A stretch of DNA of 43,394 bases, from positions 25,859-69,252 of the forward strand of contig DHIM01000338.1 of the NCBI GenBank assembly GCA_002403785.1, in the 5' to 3' direction. Within the stretch, counting starts at the first letter, position 1; each line of letters opens with the position of its first letter. Positions 1 through 9,003 of the stretch are shown here, in pieces. The notes beneath the pieces were generated by a model, which was not told the origin of the DNA, ran no database searches, and was given only the letters and a program-made list of their open reading frames with translations. The position numbers and the translations under genes were made by a program. The stretch comes from Clostridium sp. UBA4746. Lineage in GTDB: Bacteria; Bacillota; Clostridia; Clostridiales; Clostridiaceae.

Positions 1-2
1 GG

Positions 3-1673
3 TTGATGTATATTATTCAAATACTGATTGAGTCAAAAAAGGTAATAAAGATAGACGAGCTAGCTTATGAAATCAATATAGGAAGAACCACACTAGTAAA
101 TGATTTGAAAAAGATTGAAGCATTGTTTAAGCTATATGATATTAAAATTAAAGGAAAGCAGAATTTAGGTATAACAATTGAAGGAAATGAATTAAATATA
201 CGTTTGTTTATATTGGATTACCTAAGTAAAAAATTAGTATCGAATCCCATTTTAACTTCTTCTTTAACAATGATAAACAATAAATATCATGAAGAAACTA
301 AAATTTGTCTAGTTGAATTGTTTGAAATAAGTAAATTTCACCTGTCAGATGAAACTCTTATGGAAACATTAAATTACATTATGATAATGTTAGCTAGAGT
401 GAATAAGAATAAGAGTATTACTACATTAGAAGAAAAATATGAAAGTATCATTGATAGTGAAGAATACAATCTCTCAGCAAAGATCATGAAAATATTAGTT
501 GAAATAACTGGCTATAATTTCAATCAACATGAAGTTGTTTTTATAACCTTGCCATTAATAGGAAGAAAAGCATCAATAAATTTTAACAACATAGTTATCA
601 AGTCAAGTGTGAAACTTTTGGCAGAACAAATTATTAATGAAATAAATGAAAATCTAGGTGTATCAATTAAATATGATAATGTAATAGTGAAAAATTTTAC
701 ATATCATTTGAACTTTATGCTTAATAGATTAATTTTTAACATCAAAAATAAAAATGAACTTATAATTGATATAAAAAAAAGTTATCCACTACCATACGAA
801 ATGGCAAAGATTGCTGCCAAAGTAATAGAAAAAACTTATGGTTTGAAATCTGGCGAAGATGAAATAGCTTATATGGCTATATATTTTGCAAGTTATATTG
901 AACAAGATAGTTACGAGGGAGAGATAATTAACAAAGTTGCATTAGTGTGTGGGACAGGACTTGGGAGCTCACAGTTTCTAAATATTAAACTTAGAAAGCT
1001 TTTAGGTAAAGATCTGATAATTGACAATTATTCTGATATGAAGCTTACAAAAGAATTATTAGAGCAATATGATATTGTGTTTACGACAGTTGATATTACG
1101 CTCGATACTGAAACTCCAATTATTCTGATTAATGTTATATTCGATGATGATGCTTTAAAGAAAACAATACAGACAAAAGTAAATCTGAAAAAATACAATG
1201 CAAATAATTTTCAAGCAAACGATCCAATTTTAAGTATTGTGGTAAAGAAAGAACATTTCTTTGTTTTAGAAGAAGATAACTATATGGATAATTTAAAATT
1301 TATGATAGATAAGCTTTTTGAACTGGGAGAAGTTGATGCAGAATTTAAAAATAGAATAATTGAAAGAGAATTAAAATCAAATACATTGTTTGGAAATTAC
1401 GTGGCGCTACCTCATGCTGTTAACAATAAAGTGAATCCACTACTTATTGCTTTTGGAGTATTAAAAAATCATACTGTTTGGGATGGGAAGGAAGTAAAAG
1501 TTATTATATTATTAATGATTCCATCAGAACAAAACATAGATAAGGATTTATTAATTAGAACTTATGAACAACTACTAAAGTTAGCACAAAACAAACAAGT
1601 TATAGCTAATATGTCTAAGCTAAAAAATTATAATGAATTTAAAAATCTATTGTTAAAGGAGATTTTAGTATGA
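3..1673 (+). CDS. PRD-containing PTS-regulated transcription regulator (MtlR/LicR type) of the sorbitol operon; probably 5'-truncated by the window edge
   Basis: HTH/Mga-like N-terminal part, PRD segment (NFTYHLNFMLNRL), EIIB motif CGTGLGSS, C-terminal EIIA motif VALPH; frame open from the window start; directly upstream of gutM/srl genes. Confidence 0.88.
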   Translation: MMYIIQILIESKKVIKIDELAYEINIGRTTLVNDLKKIEALFKLYDIKIKGKQNLGITIEGNELNIRLFILDYLSKKLVSNPILTSSLTMINNKYHEETKICLVELFEISKFHLSDETLMETLNYIMIMLARVNKNKSITTLEEKYESIIDSEEYNLSAKIMKILVEITGYNFNQHEVVFITLPLIGRKASINFNNIVIKSSVKLLAEQIINEINENLGVSIKYDNVIVKNFTYHLNFMLNRLIFNIKNKNELIIDIKKSYPLPYEMAKIAAKVIEKTYGLKSGEDEIAYMAIYFASYIEQDSYEGEIINKVALVCGTGLGSSQFLNIKLRKLLGKDLIIDNYSDMKLTKELLEQYDIVFTTVDITLDTETPIILINVIFDDDALKKTIQTKVNLKKYNANNFQANDPILSIVVKKEHFFVLEEDNYMDNLKFMIDKLFELGEVDAEFKNRIIERELKSNTLFGNYVALPHAVNNKVNPLLIAFGVLKNHTVWDGKEVKVIILLMIPSEQNIDKDLLIRTYEQLLKLAQNKQVIANMSKLKNYNEFKNLLLKEILV

Positions 1674-2098
1674 ACCCAGTTATATTGCTAATAATTTTAG
1701 GCGTTATTGTTTGGACCGCTAATGGTATATTAGGTTTGATGCAAATTAAGGATTTTAATAAAAATTATATAGAGCTAAGAAGAATTGGTAAAGTGGCTAT
1801 AGGTAGAAAAAAAGGGTACATTAAAGCCGGTACTATTGTGCTAATACTCATAGATGATGAAGGAATAGTTGTTTCTTCTAGAAAAATGCAAGGAGTATCT
1901 GTATTTGCAAGGGTCAAAGAGTTTAGAGGACTTGAAGGAATGTCCCTTTCAAATATAACAAAGGAAGATTTAAATGGTTTCAATAAACTTATGAGAATAG
2001 CAATTTTAGATGCTATAAAAACTTATAATACTTTTAAGGGAGGTGAGGCTGTAGAAAGTAAAGGACAGAAAGAAATAAAGGAATCATTAGCCACATAA
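1670..2098 (+). CDS. gutM: Glucitol operon activator GutM/SrlM
   Basis: N-terminal hydrophobic helix, then GKVAIGRKKG...MQGVSVFAR typical of GutM; ATGA overlap with upstream regulator; SD AAGGAG. Confidence 0.85.
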   Translation: MNPVILLIILGVIVWTANGILGLMQIKDFNKNYIELRRIGKVAIGRKKGYIKAGTIVLILIDDEGIVVSSRKMQGVSVFARVKEFRGLEGMSLSNITKEDLNGFNKLMRIAILDAIKTYNTFKGGEAVESKGQKEIKESLAT

Positions 2099-2128
2099 AA
2101 ATAAATTTATTTTAGGAGGTAATGTGTA

Positions 2129-2704
2129 ATGTCACAAATTTTCACAGTAATTGCTGGCGGTGCTGATAGCTTCATGGGATTATTTAGAGCAGGCGGTGCA
2201 CAATTCATGGTTTTCGTAACAACTATTGTTCCATTATTAATTTCACTTTTGGTAGTTATGAACGCAATAATTAAGTTAATAGGAACTGACAAAATTGAAA
2301 ATTTTGCTAAAAAGTCGTCATCTAATCCGATTTCGAGGTATCTCATTTTACCTGTAATTGGAACATTTATTTTCACAAATCCCATGACATTGTCTTTGGG
2401 TAGGTTTTTACCAGAAAAATATAAACCCAGTTATTATGCAACCGCAAGTTTATCATGTCACACTATGAATGGTATATTTCCGCATGTTGACCCAGGTGAA
2501 TTATTTGTTTTTTTAGGAGTAGCAGCAGGAATAACAAAACTTGGTTTATCCACAGGTGATTTGGCAATAAGATATCTTTTAGTAGGTATGGTTACAAATT
2601 TCTTTAGGGGATGGGTTACAGATTTTACAACTACCTTAGTAGAAAAACAACAAGGTATTAAACTTAAAACTGTTACAGATTTGGATCATACAGTTGAATC
2701 TTAA
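2129..2704 (+). CDS. srlA: PTS glucitol/sorbitol IIC component
   Basis: [39 protein letters not shown] motifs; SD AGGAGG. Confidence 0.93.
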   Translation: MSQIFTVIAGGADSFMGLFRAGGAQFMVFVTTIVPLLISLLVVMNAIIKLIGTDKIENFAKKSSSNPISRYLILPVIGTFIFTNPMTLSLGRFLPEKYKPSYYATASLSCHTMNGIFPHVDPGELFVFLGVAAGITKLGLSTGDLAIRYLLVGMVTNFFRGWVTDFTTTLVEKQQGIKLKTVTDLDHTVES

Positions 2705-2759
2705 AAACTTAGTAGTTCACATTCGGACCAAAAACAAATAATTAAGGAGGATGAGATAT

Positions 2760-3131
2760 ATGGTATATAAAAAACTTAAAATTACAAAAGGATCTGGTGG
2801 TTGGGGTGGACCTATAATGGTTGAACCAACAGAAAAAAAGAACAAAATAGTTTATATAACTGGTGGTGCAAGGCCAGACGTAGCTGTAACTATTGCAGAG
2901 CTTAGTGGATGTGAACTAGTTGATGGATTTACTCATGGAGTTCGTGATGCTGAAATCGCTTGTGTTGTTATCAATTGTGGGGGAACGCTTAGATGTGGTA
3001 TTTATCCTCAAAAAAAGATACCTACAGTTAATATATTAATGACAGGGAAAAGTGGTCCACTAGCAATGTTTATGAAAGAAGATATTTATGTGTCAGCAGT
3101 TAAATCAGCCAATATTCAAGTAATAGAATAA
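2760..3131 (+). CDS. srlE: PTS glucitol/sorbitol IIB domain (N-terminal half of SrlE as a separate gene)
   Basis: KGSGGWGGP and CGGTLRCGIYP motifs of the SrlE N-domain; AAGGAGG at 2744-2750 favours ATG 2760. Confidence 0.88.
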   Translation: MVYKKLKITKGSGGWGGPIMVEPTEKKNKIVYITGGARPDVAVTIAELSGCELVDGFTHGVRDAEIACVVINCGGTLRCGIYPQKKIPTVNILMTGKSGPLAMFMKEDIYVSAVKSANIQVIE

Positions 3132-3149
3132 TAACAGGAGGTTATTTTA

Positions 3150-3719
3150 ATGAAGAAATACGATAGTAGTAAAAAAATTAGCCAACAAAGTTCAGGTCTT
3201 GTGGCTAAAATAGGTATTGGTATTGGAACAATTACATCAATATTTTTCCAGTCTGGTAGGGATACAATAGATACAGTTATTCATACAATTTTACCATTTA
3301 TGGCTTTTGTTGCTACTCTAATTGGTATAATCAATGCTTCCGGTATTGGGAATGCGATTGCTCATGTATTAACACCTTTAGCAGGAAATATCTATGGTCT
3401 AGTAGCTTTATCATTGATTTGTTCATTCCCATTACTTTCTCCATTTTTAGGACCGGGCGCTGTTATAGCTCAGATAATCGGAACTTTAATAGGTGTTGAG
3501 ATAGGTAAAGGCACAATTCCTCCATATTTAGCTCTACCAGCATTATTTGCAATAAACTCACAGGCAGCATGTGATTTTATACCTGTCGGTTTAGGATTAG
3601 CTGAGGCAGAGCCTGATACAGTACAAGTTGGTGTACCATCAGTATTATATTCAAGATTTTTGACAGGCGCGCCTACTGTGATTATTGCATGGCTAGCAAG
3701 TGCTGGTTTATACAGATAA
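3150..3719 (+). CDS. srlE: PTS glucitol/sorbitol membrane domain (C-terminal half of SrlE as a separate gene)
   Basis: [39 protein letters not shown] motifs; own SD AGGAGG. Confidence 0.88.
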   Translation: MKKYDSSKKISQQSSGLVAKIGIGIGTITSIFFQSGRDTIDTVIHTILPFMAFVATLIGIINASGIGNAIAHVLTPLAGNIYGLVALSLICSFPLLSPFLGPGAVIAQIIGTLIGVEIGKGTIPPYLALPALFAINSQAACDFIPVGLGLAEAEPDTVQVGVPSVLYSRFLTGAPTVIIAWLASAGLYR

Positions 3720-3752
3720 TATAAATTAAGCAAGCAGAAAGGGATGTAGAAG

Positions 3753-4118
3753 ATGGACATAATTTACGAAACTACAATTACTTATATTGGTAAAAAAGTG
3801 AACGATTTTATTCAAAGTGACATGTTTATTATTTTTAAAGAAAATGTACCAGAAGATCTAAAAGAATATTGTTTTCTTCATAATAAGAATGAGCTAACTA
3901 AGGATATTGAAGTAGGTGACATTTTGTTTTTGGATGAAAACCAGTACAAAATTACTTCAGTAGGAGGATATGTTAATCAAAATTTACGTGAATTAGGTCA
4001 TATTACATTTAAATTTAGCGGTGAAACGGACGCTAATATTGGTGGAACGTTGTTTTTAGAGAAAAAAGAAATTGTACCACCTGAGAATGGTACAATAATA
4101 AAAATAAAAAGGCTTTAA
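3753..4118 (+). CDS. srlB: PTS glucitol/sorbitol IIA component
   Basis: NLRELGHITFKF motif, 121 aa, operon context. Confidence 0.92.
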   Translation: MDIIYETTITYIGKKVNDFIQSDMFIIFKENVPEDLKEYCFLHNKNELTKDIEVGDILFLDENQYKITSVGGYVNQNLRELGHITFKFSGETDANIGGTLFLEKKEIVPPENGTIIKIKRL

Positions 4119-4209
4119 AAAACATTCACTATTAGTATACTTATTATTGGGCATGAAGTCAATTAACAAAAGTAATTAAAATAATGGAAACATGAGGAGA
4201 ATATATAAT

Positions 4210-5031
4210 ATGGAAAAGTCATGGTTGGAATTAGAGGGAAAGACAGTAATTGTTACAGGTGCGTCATCTGGAATAGGTAAAGCCGTGGCACAGAGTTTAT
4301 TAGATAATGGAGCTAATGTAGTAGTAAGTGATATGAATCCAAATGAACCTAAATTTGAAGTAAAAGAGAATAGTGGCAAAATGATATATATAAAGACAGA
4401 TGTAACAAGTGGCAAAAGCGTTAATGAAATGGTTTTAAAGGCAAAAGAAGTTTTTAAAAAGATTGATGTTTTAGTAAACAATGCAGGAATTAATATTCCA
4501 AGATTATTGGTAGATAGTAAAGAACCACATGGAAAATACGAATTCGACGAGATTACCTTTGATAAAATAGTAAATGTAAATCAAAAGGGTGTGTTTTTAT
4601 GTACACAAGCAGTTGCAAGAGAGATGGTTAAAGAAGGGTCTGGCGTAATAATAAATATGTCATCTGAAAGTGGACTTGAAGGGTCAGAAGGACAAAGTGT
4701 TTATGCGGCTACAAAAAATGCTGTTAATTCATTTACAAGATCTTGGTCAAAAGAGTTAGGTAAGCAAGGGGTAAGGGTTGTTGGAATAGCACCAGGTATT
4801 CTAGAGGCAACAGGATTAAGAACAATAGAGTATGAATCTGCTTTAGCGTATACTCGTGGAATTACTGTAGATCAGTTAAGAGAAGGATATAGCAAAACTT
4901 CAATCACGTCGCTTGGAAGATCAGGAAAACTTACAGAGGTGGCAGATTTAGTTTGTTATATTGCATCTAGAAGAGCAAGTTATGTTCATGGTGTAACTTA
5001 CAATATAGCTGGTGGAAAAACAAGAGGATAA
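4210..5031 (+). CDS. srlD: Sorbitol-6-phosphate 2-dehydrogenase (SDR family)
   Basis: TGASSGIG, NNAG, YAATK catalytic motif, C-terminal NIAGGKTRG; GAGGAG at 4194-4199 favours ATG 4210. Confidence 0.92.
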   Translation: MEKSWLELEGKTVIVTGASSGIGKAVAQSLLDNGANVVVSDMNPNEPKFEVKENSGKMIYIKTDVTSGKSVNEMVLKAKEVFKKIDVLVNNAGINIPRLLVDSKEPHGKYEFDEITFDKIVNVNQKGVFLCTQAVAREMVKEGSGVIINMSSESGLEGSEGQSVYAATKNAVNSFTRSWSKELGKQGVRVVGIAPGILEATGLRTIEYESALAYTRGITVDQLREGYSKTSITSLGRSGKLTEVADLVCYIASRRASYVHGVTYNIAGGKTRG

Positions 5032-5078
5032 AAAGTACTTGAGTAATGAATTTAAATTAAATTATGTTGTTAATGTAA

Positions 5079-5147
5079 TATTTAATAAAACAAAAAAATA
5101 TAAGAGGTGGCTTTGCCAACTCTTATATTTTTTTGTTTTATTAAATA
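5079..5147. terminator. Long inverted repeat / intrinsic terminator after srlD
   Basis: 28-bp perfect arms 5079-5106 and 5120-5147 around an inner TGGC-TTT-GCCA stem; T-run in the right arm. Confidence 0.85.
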
Positions 5148-5151
5148 CTGT

Positions 5152-5178
5152 TAAAGTTATAATCTAAAGTAACGATTA
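5152..5178 (+). promoter_or_regulatory. Putative sigma28 (SigD/FliA) promoter of the chemoreceptor gene
   Basis: TAAA (5152-5155)-N15-AACGATTA (5171-5178) resembles TAAA-N15-GCCGATAW; lies upstream of an MCP gene. Confidence 0.5.
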
Positions 5179-5289
5179 TAATAAAGATAGTGAAAATTTT
5201 AAGGGCGTATGAAATCTGAATTAAAACATTCAATAAAAATGAGTATTTACATTGCAAAAGTAAAATTTTATTTGGGGGAGTGAAGATTA

Positions 5290-7002
5290 ATGAAATGGTT
5301 TAATAATTTAAAAATGATTCAAAAACTAGTTTCAGCATTTGTATTGGTTGCGTTATTTATAGGTGTTGTTGGGTTTATAGGGATGTCTAACATGAGTAAT
5401 ATCGATGAAAATCTTAAAAGTATTTATAATAATAATTTGAAAGATGTAGATGATATTGTCAATATAAAGGCAAACTTATTAGAAATTAGAGGAGACTTAT
5501 TGTTGGTTGGTAATCCTATAAATAAAAGTGATTTACAGAAAAATAAAGATTCTATTACAGGTCTTGAATCCGCTACTAATGCACTTATGGCGGATTATAA
5601 GACTACTATCACAACTGATTTAGATAGGCAACAATTCACAGAATTTGAAAAATTACTCCAGGATTATAGTACAGGTTATAATTCATTAATTAAACAAGCT
5701 GATGCGGGCGATTACAAAAAAGCAAATGCACTTGTTGCGGGTCTTGCTAAGAGTAGGGTGGTGATGGTTACAACTCTACAAAAAGAGTTAGAATTAACTA
5801 AAAGTATGGCAAAAGTTGATTATGATAATAGTCAATCATCGTATAATAGTGCAAATGTTCAAATTCTAATAATAACTGGTCTAGGATTATTAGTTGCCAT
5901 TGTACTCGGTTTATTAATTGCTATTACAATTTCAAGGAATATAAAGAAGGTTGTATTGGTAGCAGATTCACTTGCAGAAGATGATTTATCAAAAACTGTT
6001 GATATTGATACTAAGGATGAAATTGGAATTTTAGCTAACTCAATAAACAAAGCTATAAGAAACTTAAAAACGTTAATTGGAGAAATTTTAGAAAGTGCTA
6101 CAGATATTAGCGCAACCAGTGAAGAACTATCCGCTACCACAGAAGAAATATCTGCAAAAATGGATATTGTCAATGAATCTGTAAGGCAGGTATCCATGGG
6201 TGCAGAACAGCTAAGTGCTACAACAGAAGAGGTAAATGCTACCACAGAAAGTATTGCAGAGAATGTGGCTGATGTGACTTTAAGGGCAAACAAAGGGACT
6301 AAGGTTGCAAGTGACATAGGAGTAAAAGCAGAAAAAGTTAGAAAAAGTGCTGAAAATAGCGCTATCAACGCAAATAAATTATATGAGGAGAAACAAGAAA
6401 AAATATTAAAGGCAATTGCAGAAGGTAAGGTTGTTAGTGAAGTTAAGATAATGGCAGATGAAATAGAAAGCATAGCAAGTCAAACAAACCTTCTTGCACT
6501 TAATGCAGCTATTGAAGCAGCAAGAGCAGGAGAACAAGGTAAGGGTTTTGCCGTGGTTGCAGATGAAGTTAGAAAATTGGCTGAGGATTCATCAGCTACA
6601 GTTCAAAGAATTCAAGAGGTAACTGTAAGAGTTGAACAGGCATTTAAAAATCTTTCAAGCAATGCTCAGGATGTGTTAAACTTTATTGATGATAAAGTTA
6701 AACCTGATTATGAATTGTTTGTAGACACAGGCAAACAATACGGCGCAGATGCTGTAGAATTTAATAACCTGTCCTCAAATATTGGGGGTTCAATGGATAT
6801 AGTAAATGAAACTGTGTTAGAAATTAAAAAAGCGATAGAAAGTGTTTCAGCTACAGCTGAAGAATCAGTTGCAAGTTCAGAGGAAATATTGGCAAGCGTT
6901 AATGAATCTGTTATGGCAATCCAAGAAATAACAAAAGTTTCTCAAAGTCAAGCAATACTCGCAGAAAAACTGAATGGTATGGTTCAAAAATTCAAGTTGT
7001 AA
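5290..7002 (+). CDS. Methyl-accepting chemotaxis protein (two TM helices, four-helix-bundle-like sensor, HAMP, signalling domain)
   Basis: [38 protein letters not shown] signature; DEIG HAMP motif. Confidence 0.96.
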   Translation: MKWFNNLKMIQKLVSAFVLVALFIGVVGFIGMSNMSNIDENLKSIYNNNLKDVDDIVNIKANLLEIRGDLLLVGNPINKSDLQKNKDSITGLESATNALMADYKTTITTDLDRQQFTEFEKLLQDYSTGYNSLIKQADAGDYKKANALVAGLAKSRVVMVTTLQKELELTKSMAKVDYDNSQSSYNSANVQILIITGLGLLVAIVLGLLIAITISRNIKKVVLVADSLAEDDLSKTVDIDTKDEIGILANSINKAIRNLKTLIGEILESATDISATSEELSATTEEISAKMDIVNESVRQVSMGAEQLSATTEEVNATTESIAENVADVTLRANKGTKVASDIGVKAEKVRKSAENSAINANKLYEEKQEKILKAIAEGKVVSEVKIMADEIESIASQTNLLALNAAIEAARAGEQGKGFAVVADEVRKLAEDSSATVQRIQEVTVRVEQAFKNLSSNAQDVLNFIDDKVKPDYELFVDTGKQYGADAVEFNNLSSNIGGSMDIVNETVLEIKKAIESVSATAEESVASSEEILASVNESVMAIQEITKVSQSQAILAEKLNGMVQKFKL

Positions 7003-7029
7003 ACTAAGTATTAAAATAGCCTCTTCGAT

Positions 7030-7079
7030 GATGATGAACAACTTCGAAGAAGATGATGAACAACTTCGAAGAAGATGAT
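7030..7079. repeat. 22-bp tandem duplication GATGATGAACAACTTCGAAGAA x2 plus a partial copy
   Basis: Exact copies at 7030-7051 and 7052-7073, followed by GATGAT. Confidence 0.9.
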
Positions 7080-7081
7080 TT

Positions 7082-7115
7082 AACCGATAAGATTATTATA
7101 GTCTTATCGGTTTTT
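7082..7115 (+). terminator. Intrinsic terminator after the MCP gene
   Basis: AACCGATAAGA (7082-7092) / TCTTATCGGTT (7102-7112) followed by T-rich sequence. Confidence 0.8.
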
Positions 7116-7223
7116 AATTTAGTTATTATTTTAATTTATAGTAGTGAAACTTAAAAATACTAAAATCATTATGTTATAGTATATATAATATATGGTTATT
7201 GAATATTATAAGGAGGAAATATA

Positions 7224-7289
7224 ATGGGTAAAATTAAAAGTGTAACATTTGACCGAGTGATGAGATATTCAGGAAAGCGAGATGTTTAG
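7224..7289 (+). CDS. Putative 21-aa leader ORF (MGKIKSVTFDRVMRYSGKRDV) overlapping the regulator start
   Basis: Perfect SD AAGGAGG 7210-7216, ATG 7224, TAG 7287-7289 just past the downstream ATG at 7282. Confidence 0.4.
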   Translation: MGKIKSVTFDRVMRYSGKRDV

Positions 7290-7986
7290 TCCAATAAAAA
7301 ACACAAAAGTTTACGAACAAGTAATAGACCAAATAAGAAGCATGATTGATAAAGGTACTCTTAAAAAGGGAGATAGACTTCCTTCAGAGAGAAATTTAGT
7401 TGAGCAATTAGAGGTAAGTAGAGCTTCAATCCGAGAGGCACTTAGGGCATTGGAAGTCATTGGACTCATAGAGTGCAGGCAAGGTGAAGGCAGTTATATA
7501 AAAGCAAGTTTTCAAGATAATCTATTTGAACCGTTATCAATTATGTTTATGCTCGAGGGAAGCAATCAAGAAGAGATATGGGAGCTTAGAAAAATACTAG
7601 AGGTGGAGGCTGCAGGCCTTGCTGCTAAGAGGATAACGAGCGGACAACTAAAGGAATTAAGAGAGATTACTGAAAGATTCATGAATTCTGAGGGGGAGGA
7701 GGAGGCTATTACTGCTGAAATTGACAAAGAGTTTCATTATAAAATTGCAGAATGCTCAGGTAATGTTTTAATATTTAACATACTTCGAACAGTTGCAATT
7801 CTTGTAGATCATTTTATAAAGGATGCAAGAAAGTTAATATTAATGCATCAAGGAAATAAGGAAATACTTTTTTCTCAACACAATGAGATATATTTATCAA
7901 TTGAAAAACACGGTTCCGCAGATGCAAGGCAGGCAATGAGGATACACTTAGATTTTGCAAATAAATATAAGTGCCAAATAAAATAA
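7282..7986 (+). CDS. GntR/FadR-family regulator (LldR/LctA-like) of the lactate operon
   Basis: GDRLPSERNL...VSRASIREAL winged HTH, FCD domain (DKEFH, H..I); adjacent to lactate genes. Confidence 0.92.
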   Translation: MFSPIKNTKVYEQVIDQIRSMIDKGTLKKGDRLPSERNLVEQLEVSRASIREALRALEVIGLIECRQGEGSYIKASFQDNLFEPLSIMFMLEGSNQEEIWELRKILEVEAAGLAAKRITSGQLKELREITERFMNSEGEEEAITAEIDKEFHYKIAECSGNVLIFNILRTVAILVDHFIKDARKLILMHQGNKEILFSQHNEIYLSIEKHGSADARQAMRIHLDFANKYKCQIK

Positions 7987-8070
7987 TTTAAAAGCATCTA
8001 ATTCTATGAATAGCCAAAGGCGAGAGTAATAATGATATTATTTTCACCTTTGATTATTTGAATAAAAGGA

Positions 8071-8088
8071 TTGTTAACTACTTAACAA
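8071..8088. promoter_or_regulatory. Rex operator
   Basis: TTGTTAA-CTAC-TTAACAA, a perfect match to the clostridial Rex consensus TTGTTAA-N4-TTAACAA. Confidence 0.85.
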
Positions 8089-8109
8089 TTATAGAAATAT
8101 TCTAAATAG

Positions 8110-8120
8110 TGTGGTATTAT
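8110..8120 (+). promoter_or_regulatory. Extended -10 sigmaA promoter element of the lactate operon
   Basis: TGTG-G-TATTAT lying between the Rex box and the FadR-type operator. Confidence 0.55.
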
Positions 8121-8132
8121 AAATCTAAAGAG

Positions 8133-8143
8133 TGGTCAGACCA
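8133..8143. promoter_or_regulatory. FadR/LldR-type operator
   Basis: Palindrome TGGTC-A-GACCA, matching the TGGT-N3-ACCA FadR-subfamily operator pattern, just downstream of the -10. Confidence 0.8.
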
Positions 8144-8197
8144 TCTTACCGTAAATGAGTTATTAAATTTCTATACAAATATAGGAGGTAAATATAT

Positions 8198-8986
8198 ATG
8201 GAGATATTAGTTTGTATAAAGCAAGTTCCAGGAACTTCAAAAGTTGAAGTGGATCCAGTTACAGGTGTTTTAAAAAGAGACGGTGTAGATTCAAAAATGA
8301 ATCCTTATGATTTGTATGCATTAGAAACGGCTCTTAAAATTAAGGAAAAACAAGGTGGATTAATAAAGGTTATAACAATGGGACCACCACAAGCAAAGGA
8401 TGTTATTCGCGAGGCATTTATGATGGGGGCAGACGAGGGTGCATTAATTTCTGATAGAAAGTTCGCAGGAGCAGATGTGCTTGCTACATCTTATACAATA
8501 TCCCAAGGAGTAAGAAAAATGGGCGAATTTGATCTTATATTATGTGGAAAGCAGACAACTGATGGTGATACTGCTCAAGTAGGACCAGAAATGGCTGAAT
8601 ATCTAGGTATTCCCCATATTGCAAACGTTTTAACGATAATAGAATTAAAAGAAAAATCAATTGTTGTAGAAATGGATATGGCAGATACTGTTGAAGTAGC
8701 CGAAATTCAATTCCCTTGTCTTCTGACTGTAGATAAAGATATATATCAGCCAAGACTTCCATCTTATAGGAAGAAATTAGCTACAAAAGATAGAGAGATA
8801 AAAATGATAACATTAAATGATTTTGAAGATAAAGATGAAAAAAAATATGGACTTAATGGTTCACCAACCCAGGTTGAGAGAATATTCCCACCAGACGTAA
8901 ACAATGATCGTGAAACATGGACAGGTACTGGTGCAGAACTTAGTTTAAAAATAGCTGCAAAACTTAAAGAATTAAAATTTGTATAA
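8198..8986 (+). CDS. etfB: Electron transfer flavoprotein beta subunit (LctB-like)
   Basis: [39 protein letters not shown] motifs. Confidence 0.95.
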   Translation: MEILVCIKQVPGTSKVEVDPVTGVLKRDGVDSKMNPYDLYALETALKIKEKQGGLIKVITMGPPQAKDVIREAFMMGADEGALISDRKFAGADVLATSYTISQGVRKMGEFDLILCGKQTTDGDTAQVGPEMAEYLGIPHIANVLTIIELKEKSIVVEMDMADTVEVAEIQFPCLLTVDKDIYQPRLPSYRKKLATKDREIKMITLNDFEDKDEKKYGLNGSPTQVERIFPPDVNNDRETWTGTGAELSLKIAAKLKELKFV

Positions 8987-9003
8987 AGAAGGGTGGAATT
9001 CTC

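Noticed and set aside
7030..7079. 22-bp repeats as a CRISPR array
   Set aside because: Copies are directly adjacent with no spacers; no cas genes
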